Virus record (IMG/VR): IMGVR_UViG_3300032296_003403
Span: 7,300 to 71,299 of that record
DNA from: a virus
DNA length: 64,000 bases
Direction: 5' to 3' (one strand)
This document shows positions 19,885 through 29,677 of the stretch, piece after piece (within the stretch, counting starts at the first letter, position 1; each line of letters starts with the position of its first letter). The notes under the pieces are model-generated. The model was given only the letters and a program-made list of their open reading frames with translations. It made no database searches and was not told the origin of the DNA. Made by a program: the position numbers and the translations under genes.

Positions 19885-20255
19885 TATTGTAGATTTATAA
19901 GTTTATATTTAGTACTTTGTATTAAAGATTCTATCTCATCGTATTGATTTTGCAAATAAGTATCTTGAGGAAGATTTGGTTTTATAGATTCCATAAATCT
20001 ACACAATCCTTCAAAATACATCGTATACGCTCCGTCCTCTCTTAAAGTTCCAGTCATTTTATACCCTTGTAAGATACCGTACTTTCCTTGATAAGATTCT
20101 ACTAACTCATCTACAAGAGGTACTATACCTTCATAGTAATCTTGAAGAGCTTTATGTGCTTGTCCTGACCCTACACCTTTTGTCTGCCAATGGTAGATAT
20201 GTGCCTGATTTCGACTTTGTAATAAGGTTCCTACTAGTATACTTAAGGGATTCAT
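19884..20255 (-). CDS. Ferritin/Dps-like four-helix protein (DUF5856-like)
   Basis: AHIYHWQT, AHKALQDYYE, DELVESYQGKYG and DEI..LIQSTKYKL. Confidence 0.8.
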   Translation of the reverse strand: MNPLSILVGTLLQSRNQAHIYHWQTKGVGSGQAHKALQDYYEGIVPLVDELVESYQGKYGILQGYKMTGTLREDGAYTMYFEGLCRFMESIKPNLPQDTYLQNQYDEIESLIQSTKYKLINLQ

Positions 20256-20256
20256 A

Positions 20257-20889
20257 TTAATTATTTTCTTCTGCTACTGGGTTAAATACATTTTTCCAAA
20301 AACCATCATTAAACATCTCTTGATATTGTTGCTTATAATTTTTTAATAATGGAGATTTGTCTACCAAAGGTTCATCATGAGATTTCTCGTTCATTATTGA
20401 CAAATACTCATTAACCTGTTCGTCGCTAAAGTCATCTGGCAACTCTTCTTTTGCAGCTTGTACATCATTATTCTGGGCTGCTTGTTGTAAAGCTGCGGAT
20501 GATTTATAAAACTGAGATGGGACAAGTTGCATTCCGTAGTAAGGAAATCTTGAAAACTTAGCCTGTAATTTCTTATTTCTGGCTGATTTTTCGTCTAAAG
20601 CTATATAAGCAGGGTTTTGAGGTTTTACTTCAAAAATAGAATACACTTCTGATAAAGGGCCTTTTTCTTTGGCTTTTATTATAGTAGCTTGTGGGGAAAA
20701 GCTTGATTTAATAAGTACTTCCCACATTCTAGCTTTCTGGTCTTGTGTTATGGGACCGTTAGTTTTTCCTATTACGACATTTACATGACCTACTTCTGGC
20801 CTAGTTAAAAGCCAGTGTAAAGCATTTAAATGCATTTTTGTTGGAGGGGCGAACTCTCCAGGATAGTAGCATGGATACTGTTCTTGCAT
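20257..20889 (-). CDS. Cytidylyltransferase-like (HIGH-fold) protein, degenerate
   Basis: YPGEFAPPTKMH corresponds to the FxPPxxGH motif with Gly replaced by Met. Confidence 0.5.
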   Translation of the reverse strand: MQEQYPCYYPGEFAPPTKMHLNALHWLLTRPEVGHVNVVIGKTNGPITQDQKARMWEVLIKSSFSPQATIIKAKEKGPLSEVYSIFEVKPQNPAYIALDEKSARNKKLQAKFSRFPYYGMQLVPSQFYKSSAALQQAAQNNDVQAAKEELPDDFSDEQVNEYLSIMNEKSHDEPLVDKSPLLKNYKQQYQEMFNDGFWKNVFNPVAEENN

Positions 20890-20919
20890 ATTTATTCGAT
20901 ACTACTATAAATATCGAAT

Positions 20920-21468
20920 TTATCCATTAATCATGGTCTGCTTATAGGTAGACGTAGATGACTTGGCGGGAGGAAAAAGTTGCACATTCTCGTAAAATTC
21001 GGAAGTGTCTGGGTCTACAATATTCATTATGGTGGATTCTTTCATACTTTTTAGGAAAGACTCCCTCTCTTTCATTTTCATTTTTACCAGTTCCAATTCC
21101 TTATTCAACTTATTCCATATAGGATCCCCACAAGACTCATAATCAAATTTGGTAGCAGCTTCGTATAGCTCAAATTTAACCCCATGTTTTGTATTGTAGG
21201 TCTTTCCATCATCTGAATTTTTCTCTATTTCTTCTCTTACTAGATCCACAAAAGTATTCTTACCGTTATCATCTGTTAATTCTTTTAACTGTTTTCCAGT
21301 TTCTTCAACAAACTTAAGCATAACAGCTACATCCACTGCGGACATATTACCATCCATAATAGAGGAATAAATGTTAGTAGCAGCTCTAGTAACCCCTTTC
21401 TTAGTTATATCAGGGGTTTGGTACTGTGTTTGGTCTAATTTGATTAAAAAATTCGTATTATTTTCCAT
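20920..21468 (-). CDS. Conserved hypothetical protein
   Basis: KFDYESCGDPIW, KERESFLK and PPAKSST; co-transcribed with the primase. Confidence 0.65.
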   Translation of the reverse strand: MENNTNFLIKLDQTQYQTPDITKKGVTRAATNIYSSIMDGNMSAVDVAVMLKFVEETGKQLKELTDDNGKNTFVDLVREEIEKNSDDGKTYNTKHGVKFELYEAATKFDYESCGDPIWNKLNKELELVKMKMKERESFLKSMKESTIMNIVDPDTSEFYENVQLFPPAKSSTSTYKQTMING

Positions 21469-22409
21469 TATATCATCATTTTATATTTGAGTAATCTATC
21501 AGAAGTTAGAGGCTGGACTTTCTGTATTAATGATAAAAATGCTTCAAATCCCATGGAAGATGGGTCTTTATCTTGCATTTCTACCAGGAATACCTTTTTA
21601 CCTAAAGATATTAAGGTTTCACAGTGTTTTAAAGCCATAGCTATAGCATCATTGTCTAGTGCTATATATACCTTTTGTATCCTAGATTCCACTAGCTTTT
21701 TCATCAGCTTAGGGGTAATTGATTTCCCTAAAAGAGGAATAGCATTTCTCTTTATAGCCAACATATCAAATCCCCCTTCACACAAAACTACTGGTATATC
21801 CCAATTTATATACATCTCAAATGGTATAATATCTCTAGAAGCTTGTGGGTATTTATACTTAAGTTTTACTTCTGGGTCAAAGGATCTGCCTACAAAAAAA
21901 TTTATTTTCCCTGCGGAGTCGAAGGATGGCATTATTATCCTTTCAGCATAAGGACCCTCCTCACAATACCCTATTTGGTATTTTATAATATCTTGTTCGG
22001 TTACTCCCCTCTTTTTTAAATATAACATTGCATGCTTAGCCAAAATATCGCTTTTTTTAGCATCCAATAAGAACTTATATTCTACAGGTAAAACTCCAGT
22101 AAATTCTGCTGTATCTTGATCTTCTCTATCAGACCTTACTATTATTCCGGACAGGTCTTTTAGGTAGTTAGATGTTACCCCTATCTTTCTAAAAAGAGAC
22201 CTTATAGTTCTTCCTTTATTTCCACAAACCCAGCAAGCCCACCTATTATTACCTTCAGAATCGGTAACAATGTCTATTTCTAGTTTCTTTTTTACAGTTC
22301 CATAAGTAGGACAATCTGGAAAGGGACAATGATATTTCCTGTTTGTTTTGGTAGCTTTTTCCCCATACCCTAAAACCTGATCTATGAGTCCTGAAAGAAT
22401 ATTCTCCAT
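21468..22409 (-). CDS. DNA primase (DnaG-type, zinc-binding plus TOPRIM)
   Basis: CPFPDC...CWVC zinc finger, YLKKRG, RIIMP, FVGR, LCEGGFD and LDNDA. Confidence 0.9.
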   Translation of the reverse strand: MENILSGLIDQVLGYGEKATKTNRKYHCPFPDCPTYGTVKKKLEIDIVTDSEGNNRWACWVCGNKGRTIRSLFRKIGVTSNYLKDLSGIIVRSDREDQDTAEFTGVLPVEYKFLLDAKKSDILAKHAMLYLKKRGVTEQDIIKYQIGYCEEGPYAERIIMPSFDSAGKINFFVGRSFDPEVKLKYKYPQASRDIIPFEMYINWDIPVVLCEGGFDMLAIKRNAIPLLGKSITPKLMKKLVESRIQKVYIALDNDAIAMALKHCETLISLGKKVFLVEMQDKDPSSMGFEAFLSLIQKVQPLTSDRLLKYKMMI

Positions 22410-22413
22410 TTCT

Positions 22414-22421
22414 CAAAGATA
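22414..22421 (-). promoter_or_regulatory. Bacteroidota-type -7 promoter element (TATCTTTG) just upstream of the primase
   Basis: Exact TAnnTTTG 4 nt before the ATG, suggesting a near-leaderless transcript. Confidence 0.55.
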
Positions 22422-22428
22422 TGTATTA

Positions 22429-22863
22429 TTAAACGTCTTTTCTAAAAAATTTTCCTAAAATATTATCGTTCCAGCAATTCTCGCTTTCCAGACATCCTTC
22501 TAATATTTGATATCTAAACTCCTGGTAAGTCATTTGTTTTTTATGAAAACAAACATGAAGTATCTCTCTTGTAAAACCTTCTTTGCCTACTTGCTTTATA
22601 TCCTCTTTAAGAAGTGGATTAGACCCATAATAAGATTTCCAATCACTTTCGGAAACTACTAGCTTTTTAGTAGGTTTTTTACCTTTCCCGGTGTGTTCTA
22701 GCAGTTCTTTTTTAGTTAAAGGTTTTTTCCTTTCAGAATATAAATTTTTTCTCCCCACATAGAACTTTCCGTCTGATATTCTAATTACTTTATATATAAA
22801 ACCTTGTGTATTTTCTGGGAGATCTGATATTTCGTTTATAACTTTTCCTTTGTACAACCACAT
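22429..22863 (-). CDS. GIY-YIG family nuclease-like protein
   Basis: GFIYKV...KFYVGRK, ESDWKSYYGS, FTREIL and NDNILGKF. Confidence 0.75.
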   Translation of the reverse strand: MWLYKGKVINEISDLPENTQGFIYKVIRISDGKFYVGRKNLYSERKKPLTKKELLEHTGKGKKPTKKLVVSESDWKSYYGSNPLLKEDIKQVGKEGFTREILHVCFHKKQMTYQEFRYQILEGCLESENCWNDNILGKFFRKDV

Positions 22864-22864
22864 A

Positions 22865-23164
22865 TTATATGTCCATTCTTATTAGGAAATTTGTATCTGT
22901 ATTTGGAGAAATTGGTACTGGTTGTGAAAACTTAGCTACCATAAGCAAATCGTTAGAATCATTATAGAAACCAACCATTGTTGCATAAGGTGAGAAACTA
23001 GATCCACTAGCAAAAGCCAACATATTTTCTTCACTACCGCATGTTAATATACTGGGATTGTATGTGTACCCCATTTCATAATCTTTGATCGTGCATTTTA
23101 TAACACGTTCCATGATCATGTGATTATTAGTAAAATTTAACTTAAAATCTTGATATTGTACCAT
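22865..23164 (-). CDS. Tail/baseplate structural domain (isolated C-terminal module)
   Basis: YNPS...PYATMVGFYNDSNDLLMVAKFSQP matches the C-terminus of 34710..35780 (TNPS...TTIGLYNDANELLAVAKLSKP). Confidence 0.7.
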   Translation of the reverse strand: MVQYQDFKLNFTNNHMIMERVIKCTIKDYEMGYTYNPSILTCGSEENMLAFASGSSFSPYATMVGFYNDSNDLLMVAKFSQPVPISPNTDTNFLIRMDI

Positions 23165-23174
23165 CTATTTTCTT

Positions 23175-23933
23175 TTAACAAACTTGAGAGTCAGAACATA
23201 CATACCAAGTATATATCAAATCTCCTCCTGCTACTGGGGTTCCATTTATAGCTGTAATAGTAGCACTGAACCTTCCATTAGAGAAGTTAGACCCGATATT
23301 TTTAGTATTGTATTTTAAAAGTAGGTCTTTATATCCGGAAGCTGGTATTGTTATATTTGTGGTGTCACTATCAGTTAAATAATAAGGCAGGCTTCCTACT
23401 CCTATAGTAGCGCTTACGTCTGCTATTAAAGTTCCTATGGTAGGAATGGACGCAGGTAAGTTTGTATTATACAATCCGCCATACAAACAAACAGAAGTTC
23501 CGCTTGTAGTACTGCTTATATATTGGAATGCATTTAGAGTCAATTGAACAACAGTTCCTGCTGGGCCTACTAATCTGGTCCAAACTCTGCCTCCCTGACC
23601 ACAAACATTGCTATATCCTCCATAGTTTGAATCAAACCCTACAGGAACCGGAGTAGCTGTTGGAGTAAGCGTTGGGGTAGCAGTAGGACCAACAGTAGGA
23701 GTAGGAGTAGGAGTAGGAGTAGGTAAAAATATATCAATACTATTAGTACAAACTCCTTGAGAAGCTACTGTTATTTTTGTTGAGTTTACATCTGTATTTA
23801 CTGAATAACCAGATAAAAGTTGAGCCCTAGTAACCCCAGTGGCTATAGTACCTATAACATCATCTGATATAGTAAAAGGCCCTGTTGTAGTGCCTATAGT
23901 GCTTACTGTTACTGTTACTGATCTTGTTGGCAT
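23175..23933 (-). CDS. Putative virion appendage protein with PT-repeat linker
   Basis: N-terminal GPF..TGVTR.QL.SGY domain, PT repeat, beta-rich C-domain. Confidence 0.65.
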   Translation of the reverse strand: MPTRSVTVTVSTIGTTTGPFTISDDVIGTIATGVTRAQLLSGYSVNTDVNSTKITVASQGVCTNSIDIFLPTPTPTPTPTVGPTATPTLTPTATPVPVGFDSNYGGYSNVCGQGGRVWTRLVGPAGTVVQLTLNAFQYISSTTSGTSVCLYGGLYNTNLPASIPTIGTLIADVSATIGVGSLPYYLTDSDTTNITIPASGYKDLLLKYNTKNIGSNFSNGRFSATITAINGTPVAGGDLIYTWYVCSDSQVC

Positions 23934-23934
23934 A

Positions 23935-24702
23935 TTATCCTTCGAATATTTCTATTTTTACAGAATCGCTACTTATTATATCTACAGCTAAGAAGTAGAA
24001 ATTAATCGTAGCTCCTAGATTGAAATTTATAGTTTGTCTAACACTTCCATTTACAGAAAGTATCACCGATCCTCCATCAGTAGCTATAGCGGATGGAGTT
24101 GTCTTTCTTACTTGGTATACAACAGATGTTGGAGTAGGTCCTGTAGAAACAAAAGAATCATTCCTTCCATATACTATGTTTCCTACTGAAGCAGCTCCTA
24201 TAGTGTCTATAGTTGCTCCTGGAGAGCTATTCCTTATCTCAAAATAGCTAGAAATAAATGCGCCATTTAATACTACCTGGGCTCTATTTCTAGCTGTTGA
24301 ATTAGTAGGTGTAGGAGTTGGAGTATAGGTCGGAGTTGGAGTAATTGTAGGCGTAGCGGTAGGAGTTTGAGTAGGCGGAGGAGGGGGAATATTTATAGTA
24401 ACAGACCCTCCAGAAAGTTGACAATCCACTATAGTAGGAGTTGGAGTAACAGTAGGAGTCGGAGTAACAGTAGGAGTAGGTGTAGGGGTAGATAGATAGT
24501 ATATTTGACTATTTTGACAGTCAGCGTCTGTATTATATACTATTATAGATGTCGCAGAACTAGGGACACCACTTACCACATACCCATTAATTAAAGTATT
24601 TCTACTTATGTTTGTAGCTAATTCAGTTCCTACTGAAATAGAATCATAGTAAATATTAAAAGGTCCTGTGGCGTCCCCTGTTATTTTGACAGTTAATATC
24701 AT
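23935..24702 (-). CDS. Putative virion appendage protein with PT-repeat linkers
   Basis: Same N-terminal domain (GPF..TNISRNTLINGY) and two PT tracts. Confidence 0.65.
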   Translation of the reverse strand: MILTVKITGDATGPFNIYYDSISVGTELATNISRNTLINGYVVSGVPSSATSIIVYNTDADCQNSQIYYLSTPTPTPTVTPTPTVTPTPTIVDCQLSGGSVTINIPPPPPTQTPTATPTITPTPTYTPTPTPTNSTARNRAQVVLNGAFISSYFEIRNSSPGATIDTIGAASVGNIVYGRNDSFVSTGPTPTSVVYQVRKTTPSAIATDGGSVILSVNGSVRQTINFNLGATINFYFLAVDIISSDSVKIEIFEG

Positions 24703-24703
24703 A

Positions 24704-25789
24704 TTATATAAATATGTTTTTAGATACTTTTGTCAAGGCAGAGGCCACTACTTGATGCATATCATAATATTTGTAATCTGCTAATCTACCTCCAAATATG
24801 TATTTATCCTCTTTATCCATCATATTTCTGTATTTTTGATACATCTCATTATTAATATTATCATTTATAGGATAATAAGGCTCTCCTGAGGACTCTGGGT
24901 ATTCGAAAGTAACTATTGTGTTTTTTTGTTTCCCGAATTCAAAATGTTTATGTTCTACTACCCTAGTAAAAGGAACGCTTTCATCTGTATAGTTTACACA
25001 AGCAACTCCTTGATAATCTGGCACATTCATACTAACCGTCTCAAATCTGAGACTCCTGTAGTCTAATTTTCCGTGTACATAAGAATAAAACCTGTCTACA
25101 GGCCCCGTATATATTACTTTTCTAGCTATGTTATCAAAATAATCCTTATAATCAAAATAATCAGTCTTTAATTTTACTTCTATTCCGTTTAGTAAATTTT
25201 CAAACATTTTAGTGTACCCTCCTATTGGGATACCGGAATAAGTATCCTCGTAGTAATTATCTTCAAAAGAAAGTCTTATTGGTAATCTTCTTATTATGCT
25301 AGAAGGTAAATCTTTTGGATCTCTTTTCCATTGTTTTTTTGTATAACCTTTAACAAACATATTATACAATTCTGGGCCTACTTGAGACAATATCCACTCT
25401 TCTAGGTTTTTTGGATTAGGGATGTCTACTTTTACATCTTCAATTTTTCTAATGGCATCTTCTGGGGTGGTTACTCCATATACTTGGTATAAGGTCATTA
25501 AATTTATAGGAAAAGAATATATTTTTCCTTTATAATTTACTTTAGGCCTGTAAGTAAAATTATTAAATGTTACAAAACGATTGACGTACTCCCATACTTT
25601 TTTATCTGATGTGTGGAATATGTGAGGACCGTATTTATGAACATTTATACCGTCTATATTTTCCGTATAACAATTTCCTCCTATATGATCTCTTTTTTCT
25701 AAAACTAGACACTTGTGCCCAGAATCAGTCAATTCCCTAGCACAAATAGAACCAAAAATACCAGAACCCACAATTACAAAATCGTACAT
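24704..25789 (-). CDS. glf: UDP-galactopyranose mutase
   Basis: IVGSGIFG, HIGGNCY, HKYGPHIFHT, GYTKKQW, YTGPVD, TRVVEHKHF, PYYP and GGRLADYKYYDMHQV. Confidence 0.97.
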   Translation of the reverse strand: MYDFVIVGSGIFGSICARELTDSGHKCLVLEKRDHIGGNCYTENIDGINVHKYGPHIFHTSDKKVWEYVNRFVTFNNFTYRPKVNYKGKIYSFPINLMTLYQVYGVTTPEDAIRKIEDVKVDIPNPKNLEEWILSQVGPELYNMFVKGYTKKQWKRDPKDLPSSIIRRLPIRLSFEDNYYEDTYSGIPIGGYTKMFENLLNGIEVKLKTDYFDYKDYFDNIARKVIYTGPVDRFYSYVHGKLDYRSLRFETVSMNVPDYQGVACVNYTDESVPFTRVVEHKHFEFGKQKNTIVTFEYPESSGEPYYPINDNINNEMYQKYRNMMDKEDKYIFGGRLADYKYYDMHQVVASALTKVSKNIFI

Positions 25790-25795
25790 GTTTTT

Positions 25796-26587
25796 TTATT
25801 GTTGGTAAAACTCCAATTGTTTTTTTACAAAAACTTTCTCTTCTTCTGTCGGATAGTAATAAGGTTTCCAACAATGTACTATTGCTGAATCCCTCTGGAA
25901 GGACTCTAGTTCTTGCATGGTGCCCAACCATGCCTTCCTATCGGCAAGAGACTCTACATTAGGATTTACGTATTGGGATAACTCTCTCCAACTTCCAACT
26001 GTAAACTTTGAATACAAAAACAAAAAGGTAAGAGCAGAATCAGTCCATTCGGAAGGTTTTGGATCAACAGCCATATTGTCTATAAAATTCCAATCTAAAT
26101 CTTTTACATTATTGTAAGCTTCTATAAATTTTAGTCTGTTAAAAAAAGATCCTCCACATCCATAAGCTCCTCTAACTTTAGTATCTAAATACTCATACAA
26201 CTTTTCATTCCAACCTCTTCCTCCTATGCCTGATAAATCAAAAGGAGGTTCTTCTTTAATTTCCCTTTTAACCCAAACATCATCTTCAAAATTTACAACC
26301 CAATCAACATTAGATAAAGTAGTTAAACAAGATTCATATACCCTATCTAACCATCCCTTAATAGTTTCAACATCAAAAGCTGGTCTTCCACTATTTGGAT
26401 CATTTCTACCATTAACTTTTGTTCTTTTGTATTCACAGTTAAACTTTTTTGCAACTGGCTCTAAAATAGTAGAATTATCTTCATAAAAAGCTACTGGGGC
26501 TTCCGGATAAAACTTTCTAAATTGTTCTAACGCATGGTAACAAGCTTCTATTCTATATCCTGACTGGTAATATAATCCTAATTTCAT
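25796..26587 (-). CDS. Putative GT-A glycosyltransferase
   Basis: FRKFYPEA, FEDDVW (DxD-like), CGGSFF, WTD and IVH; located in the glycosylation cluster. Confidence 0.6.
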   Translation of the reverse strand: MKLGLYYQSGYRIEACYHALEQFRKFYPEAPVAFYEDNSTILEPVAKKFNCEYKRTKVNGRNDPNSGRPAFDVETIKGWLDRVYESCLTTLSNVDWVVNFEDDVWVKREIKEEPPFDLSGIGGRGWNEKLYEYLDTKVRGAYGCGGSFFNRLKFIEAYNNVKDLDWNFIDNMAVDPKPSEWTDSALTFLFLYSKFTVGSWRELSQYVNPNVESLADRKAWLGTMQELESFQRDSAIVHCWKPYYYPTEEEKVFVKKQLEFYQQ

Positions 26588-26588
26588 A

Positions 26589-28496
26589 TTATAGTATTTC
26601 TAATATTCCTGTACCTGACCAATGACCCACGTGAGATATGTCTGTCTTTCTTCCCTCCAGAGAATTGAAGAAGTTTCTCATTTCATCATTCAATTTTATA
26701 TCATCATACAATATATAACCTTTGTACCCCAGTTTTATTATATGATTAGTTATTATTTTTTCATCTTCCCCATTATGAGTTATATCTATAAAAATAAATT
26801 TTGAATACTTAATAAGACTTTCGTATTTAGGGTTTAATATATTGTCCGTATAAAATAAAACATTAGAAGGAGTTGACACCAAATCTAATTTATTTACAAT
26901 ATCAAAACTATGAACTCTATTTTTAGAGTTATAAGACAAAGCTAACGCAGATAACCCAGAAAAGGATCCTATATCGAGAATGTCAGAATTTATATATTTT
27001 GTAGAAAAATAGGCTAACAATCTGTAGTGTTCTACTCCTGGTCTATCTAGAAAATGATTTTTTTCATTTTGGTGTTTAATTAAAGGGACACATTTTGAAA
27101 CATCTAAACTATTGATTTCTTCATATTTAAAATTTTGTTTAGAATCTTCTTCTAAAAAATTTTTAAAAAGTATTTTATCTAAATAAGATTTAACATATAA
27201 ATTGTAGGGATCAATATTAGAACTGTTTTTTCCATTATTATCTACGGATCCATAACGCTGTCCGGCTGGTCCTGGATACACTGAATACTTATTCTCTAAT
27301 GCTAAAAGTAATATATCTATGGCAACACCGTCTGCTTTGTAAAAATTTAATATTCTATCATAAGATCTCTTATTTACAATATATGCATGGGCTCCTAATA
27401 AATTTTCTACCTTCATCAAAAAAGGACGTTCTAAAAAAATGCTATCTTGATGAATTGTCCCTCCCAAATATAAAACATCCCAATCCTTAATTTTTTTTAT
27501 TTCATTAATACAGTTGTTTATAAAATAAAATGGATCTTGAAAATTAACAGGTAAAAAAGTAATATCGTCTTCTAATATGAGAATTCTATCTAAATCTAGT
27601 TCTTTAGCTTTTTTTATAGCCTCTAAATGAGACAGTGTTATAGCATTATTATTCCTCCTATAATCATCAGATCCATAAGAAAAAGTAAGAGAATCTGTCC
27701 CTTTAAAAGCAGATACCCTCTCAGACATTTCATACAGTCCCCATTTTTTTAGTTCTTCTATAGTGTCTTCATTCCTGTCTGTTCTAGAATCTAGATTTAT
27801 ATAATAAATTTTATCAATAAAATCTTTAATTTCTATAAAATTTATAATTTCTTCGGCTTTTTCTACAAAGTAGCTAGAGTTAACTCCGGAAAGAGATCCA
27901 AAATTGTGATACACAAGATCTTCATAAGTTGTGCCGGGTCCATACATTTCACCTTCCCTTAAAGTCCACAACTTTTCTTTGCTAGATTTAAACTTTATAA
28001 ATTCTACAGAATATCCATTCTCTCTACATAAATGCGTTAATTCCTGAGCTACATCCCCTCTAGGGGTGGCTTCAAAACTGGGCTCTCCTAAAATATTATA
28101 AAACTCTTTAGAAATGCAGAAACAAGATGGAGCAGCAAACGGGCCTTTAGTAATATCCTCTGATATATGGCTAGTTATTTGTTCGGGTCCTAGTATAGCA
28201 TTTTTATTATATATTCTTTCTAATATTTTATGTATAAAATCTTTGCGTAGTGGTATAGAATCGATATCAAAAAAAATAAAATAATCTACATCTTCTGTTC
28301 TGGCTATAAAATTAAGAAAGTTACTGTGCCCTGGATACCCTTCATTTGGCCACTCTATTTGGTTTATATTGATATTGAATTTTTCAAAAACTTTTTTTTG
28401 GTAATCTACAAACTCTCGTTTTACACTACTATAGTGCATTGAGTATATTCCTATTTTTAATACTTTATTATCCCAATCTATATAGTTATAAACCAT
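26589..28496 (-). CDS. Three-domain fusion: GT-A glycosyltransferase + GT25 + SAM methyltransferase
   Basis: FFDIDSIPL and RGDVA; YYINLDSRTDR, SHL, ILILEDD and AHAYIV (GT25); ILDIGSFSGLSA, FIDITH and YDDI (class I MTase). Confidence 0.8.
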   Translation of the reverse strand: MVYNYIDWDNKVLKIGIYSMHYSSVKREFVDYQKKVFEKFNININQIEWPNEGYPGHSNFLNFIARTEDVDYFIFFDIDSIPLRKDFIHKILERIYNKNAILGPEQITSHISEDITKGPFAAPSCFCISKEFYNILGEPSFEATPRGDVAQELTHLCRENGYSVEFIKFKSSKEKLWTLREGEMYGPGTTYEDLVYHNFGSLSGVNSSYFVEKAEEIINFIEIKDFIDKIYYINLDSRTDRNEDTIEELKKWGLYEMSERVSAFKGTDSLTFSYGSDDYRRNNNAITLSHLEAIKKAKELDLDRILILEDDITFLPVNFQDPFYFINNCINEIKKIKDWDVLYLGGTIHQDSIFLERPFLMKVENLLGAHAYIVNKRSYDRILNFYKADGVAIDILLLALENKYSVYPGPAGQRYGSVDNNGKNSSNIDPYNLYVKSYLDKILFKNFLEEDSKQNFKYEEINSLDVSKCVPLIKHQNEKNHFLDRPGVEHYRLLAYFSTKYINSDILDIGSFSGLSALALSYNSKNRVHSFDIVNKLDLVSTPSNVLFYTDNILNPKYESLIKYSKFIFIDITHNGEDEKIITNHIIKLGYKGYILYDDIKLNDEMRNFFNSLEGRKTDISHVGHWSGTGILEIL

Positions 28497-28497
28497 C

Positions 28498-29676
28498 TTA
28501 TATTAGTTCATTTATAAAATCAACCCACATAACTCCTATTTTATTATAATTAAAATTGTCTATAATATATCTAGTTCCTTTTGATCTTAATTCTTCTTTT
28601 ATCTTAGGATTATCTTCTAAGTACCTTACCTTTTCTAATATTTTATAAACATTATTTTTAAATATTCCATCTAGATCTTTTGACAAAGGTTCAGATTGCA
28701 TTTTTATTGGATCCGAATTTTCTGGAAAATCTATCCACACACAATGACCTTCGAAATTCTCAGGCAGGGCTCCCAAAGGATACGTAATAGGAATAGCTCC
28801 TAATGCTATAGCTTCAGCAACAACACAAGAAAAAGTGTCTTTATGAACATCCTGATAAGGGGTATAAAGAGGATATATAAAATATTCGCTCTCGGCTAAA
28901 TTTGTAAATAGTGTTTTTTTATCTACTCCATTATGAAGATAAAAAAATCGATCTTGATGAGCATGGGTAGCCATTAAATAATCAAAAGCATGAAACTCCG
29001 AATCTGGGTAGTTTAATTGTCTTACTGTTTCTACAGCTACGTCTCCCCCTCTAGCCCAAGCAGCGTGAAAAATAAACTTGTGGGGTTTTTTAACTGGCTT
29101 TGTTTCTAAAACTTCATTTATAATATCATGCATTATTGGATTTGGTATCAAAGTTGTTTTTACTTTGCTATACCTATTTATAGCTCTATCAACAGTGTTC
29201 TGATTCATTTTCTTTTCCCACTTTGATATATTCACAAATCCTATAGACAAATCATTTTTTTCTGCATATTCTATTAATTGATCTATTCCGTATACCCACT
29301 GCATGTGATTCCAATAAATTACCGTTTTAGTAACTTTTATAGGAAGAGAGTTATACTTATCAAACCATAAACTATTAATTAATATGTCAAAAGTTTTATT
29401 TTCTATTCCATCAAAATTAAAATTAGTGTAATATACCCCCCTAACTTTATTTCCAGGATTAAAAACTATCCCTTTTTCTTCGTATGTTTTTTTTAATTGT
29501 GGCTCTAATTCATCGTGTGCAAACACAACTTCATGTCCCATAGATGACAAATACTCGGCTACCAGTACCGAACTTGTATCTGTTCCAGATGCCCCTCCAT
29601 TCCCATACCTTATGTTATAACCATTTAAATAATTGCTTCTCCTACTATTACCTACTACTGTAAAAACTATTCTCAT
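28498..29676 (-). CDS. GT-B (GT4-like) glycosyltransferase
   Basis: GASGTD, GHEV, IPNP, FIYP...DTFSCVVAEAIALG.IP....GALPE. Confidence 0.75.
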   Translation of the reverse strand: MRIVFTVVGNSRRSNYLNGYNIRYGNGGASGTDTSSVLVAEYLSSMGHEVVFAHDELEPQLKKTYEEKGIVFNPGNKVRGVYYTNFNFDGIENKTFDILINSLWFDKYNSLPIKVTKTVIYWNHMQWVYGIDQLIEYAEKNDLSIGFVNISKWEKKMNQNTVDRAINRYSKVKTTLIPNPIMHDIINEVLETKPVKKPHKFIFHAAWARGGDVAVETVRQLNYPDSEFHAFDYLMATHAHQDRFFYLHNGVDKKTLFTNLAESEYFIYPLYTPYQDVHKDTFSCVVAEAIALGAIPITYPLGALPENFEGHCVWIDFPENSDPIKMQSEPLSKDLDGIFKNNVYKILEKVRYLEDNPKIKEELRSKGTRYIIDNFNYNKIGVMWVDFINELI

Positions 29677-29677
29677 T

